A stretch of DNA of 63,560 nt, the filler included, from Octopus bimaculoides (taxonomy: Eukaryota), in assembly GCF_001194135.2 (NCBI RefSeq). It is 4 parts of 4 records of this genome, joined end to end, with 100 filler letters (N's around TTAATTAATTAA, not from the genome) between each part and the next. Parts side by side here need not be neighbours in the genome. Positions count along the whole stretch, not along the records: positions 62,134 to 63,560 come from NC_069003.1; 3 more parts are not named here. One strand, 5' to 3'. The notes under the pieces are model-generated. The model searched no databases and was not told the origin of the DNA. It was given only the letters and a program-made list of their open reading frames with translations. Both the position numbers and the translations under genes were made by a program. Below, in pieces: positions 63,425 through 63,560 of the stretch (positions are counted from its first letter, which is position 1; the number at the start of each line of letters is the position of its first letter).

Positions 63425-63560
63425 CCTTTCCTATAATGTAATTATGCATGATTAACACGGTTTTCGATTACGACCGAATTTTCCAATTTTCATACAACGA
63501 ACTAACCATGTTAATCATAGTGTTGCTGCACACACATACACACACACACACACACACACA

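Overview
Eukaryotic, AT-rich, repeat-dominated DNA with about 8 kb (~13%) of N gaps. The SINE families and the extreme TA/CA/TATC/TACA/ATT microsatellite load point to an octopus-type cephalopod genome (inferred, not database-checked). I found no intact protein-coding gene; nearly all ORFs in the track are microsatellite or N read-through. The window is four scaffold pieces joined by artificial 100-bp spacers (N44-TTAATTAATTAA-N44). Recognisable content: several tRNA-derived SINE families; decayed LINE fragments of the CR1/L2, RTE (Expander/Rex3-like), R4/Dong (RLE), L1/Tx1 and I/Jockey-like groups; two Penelope-like GIY-YIG endonuclease fragments; mariner, hAT and Helentron-like non-autonomous elements. 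The most interesting signal is seven short motifs, in four different sequence families, with type I hammerhead ribozyme architecture (CUGANGA...GAAA, palindromic stem III), mostly next to (TA)n tracts. One (30775-30844) looks fully intact, and two form a 288-bp foldback. These are probably Penelope pseudo-LTR or retrozyme-like elements. Also notable are a Tx1-like LINE apparently tied to (TATC)n, a SINE family repeatedly preceded by (ATT)n, a triplicated RTE 3' end carrying a near-identical flank with a candidate exon, and two near-perfect inverted repeats that abut gaps.
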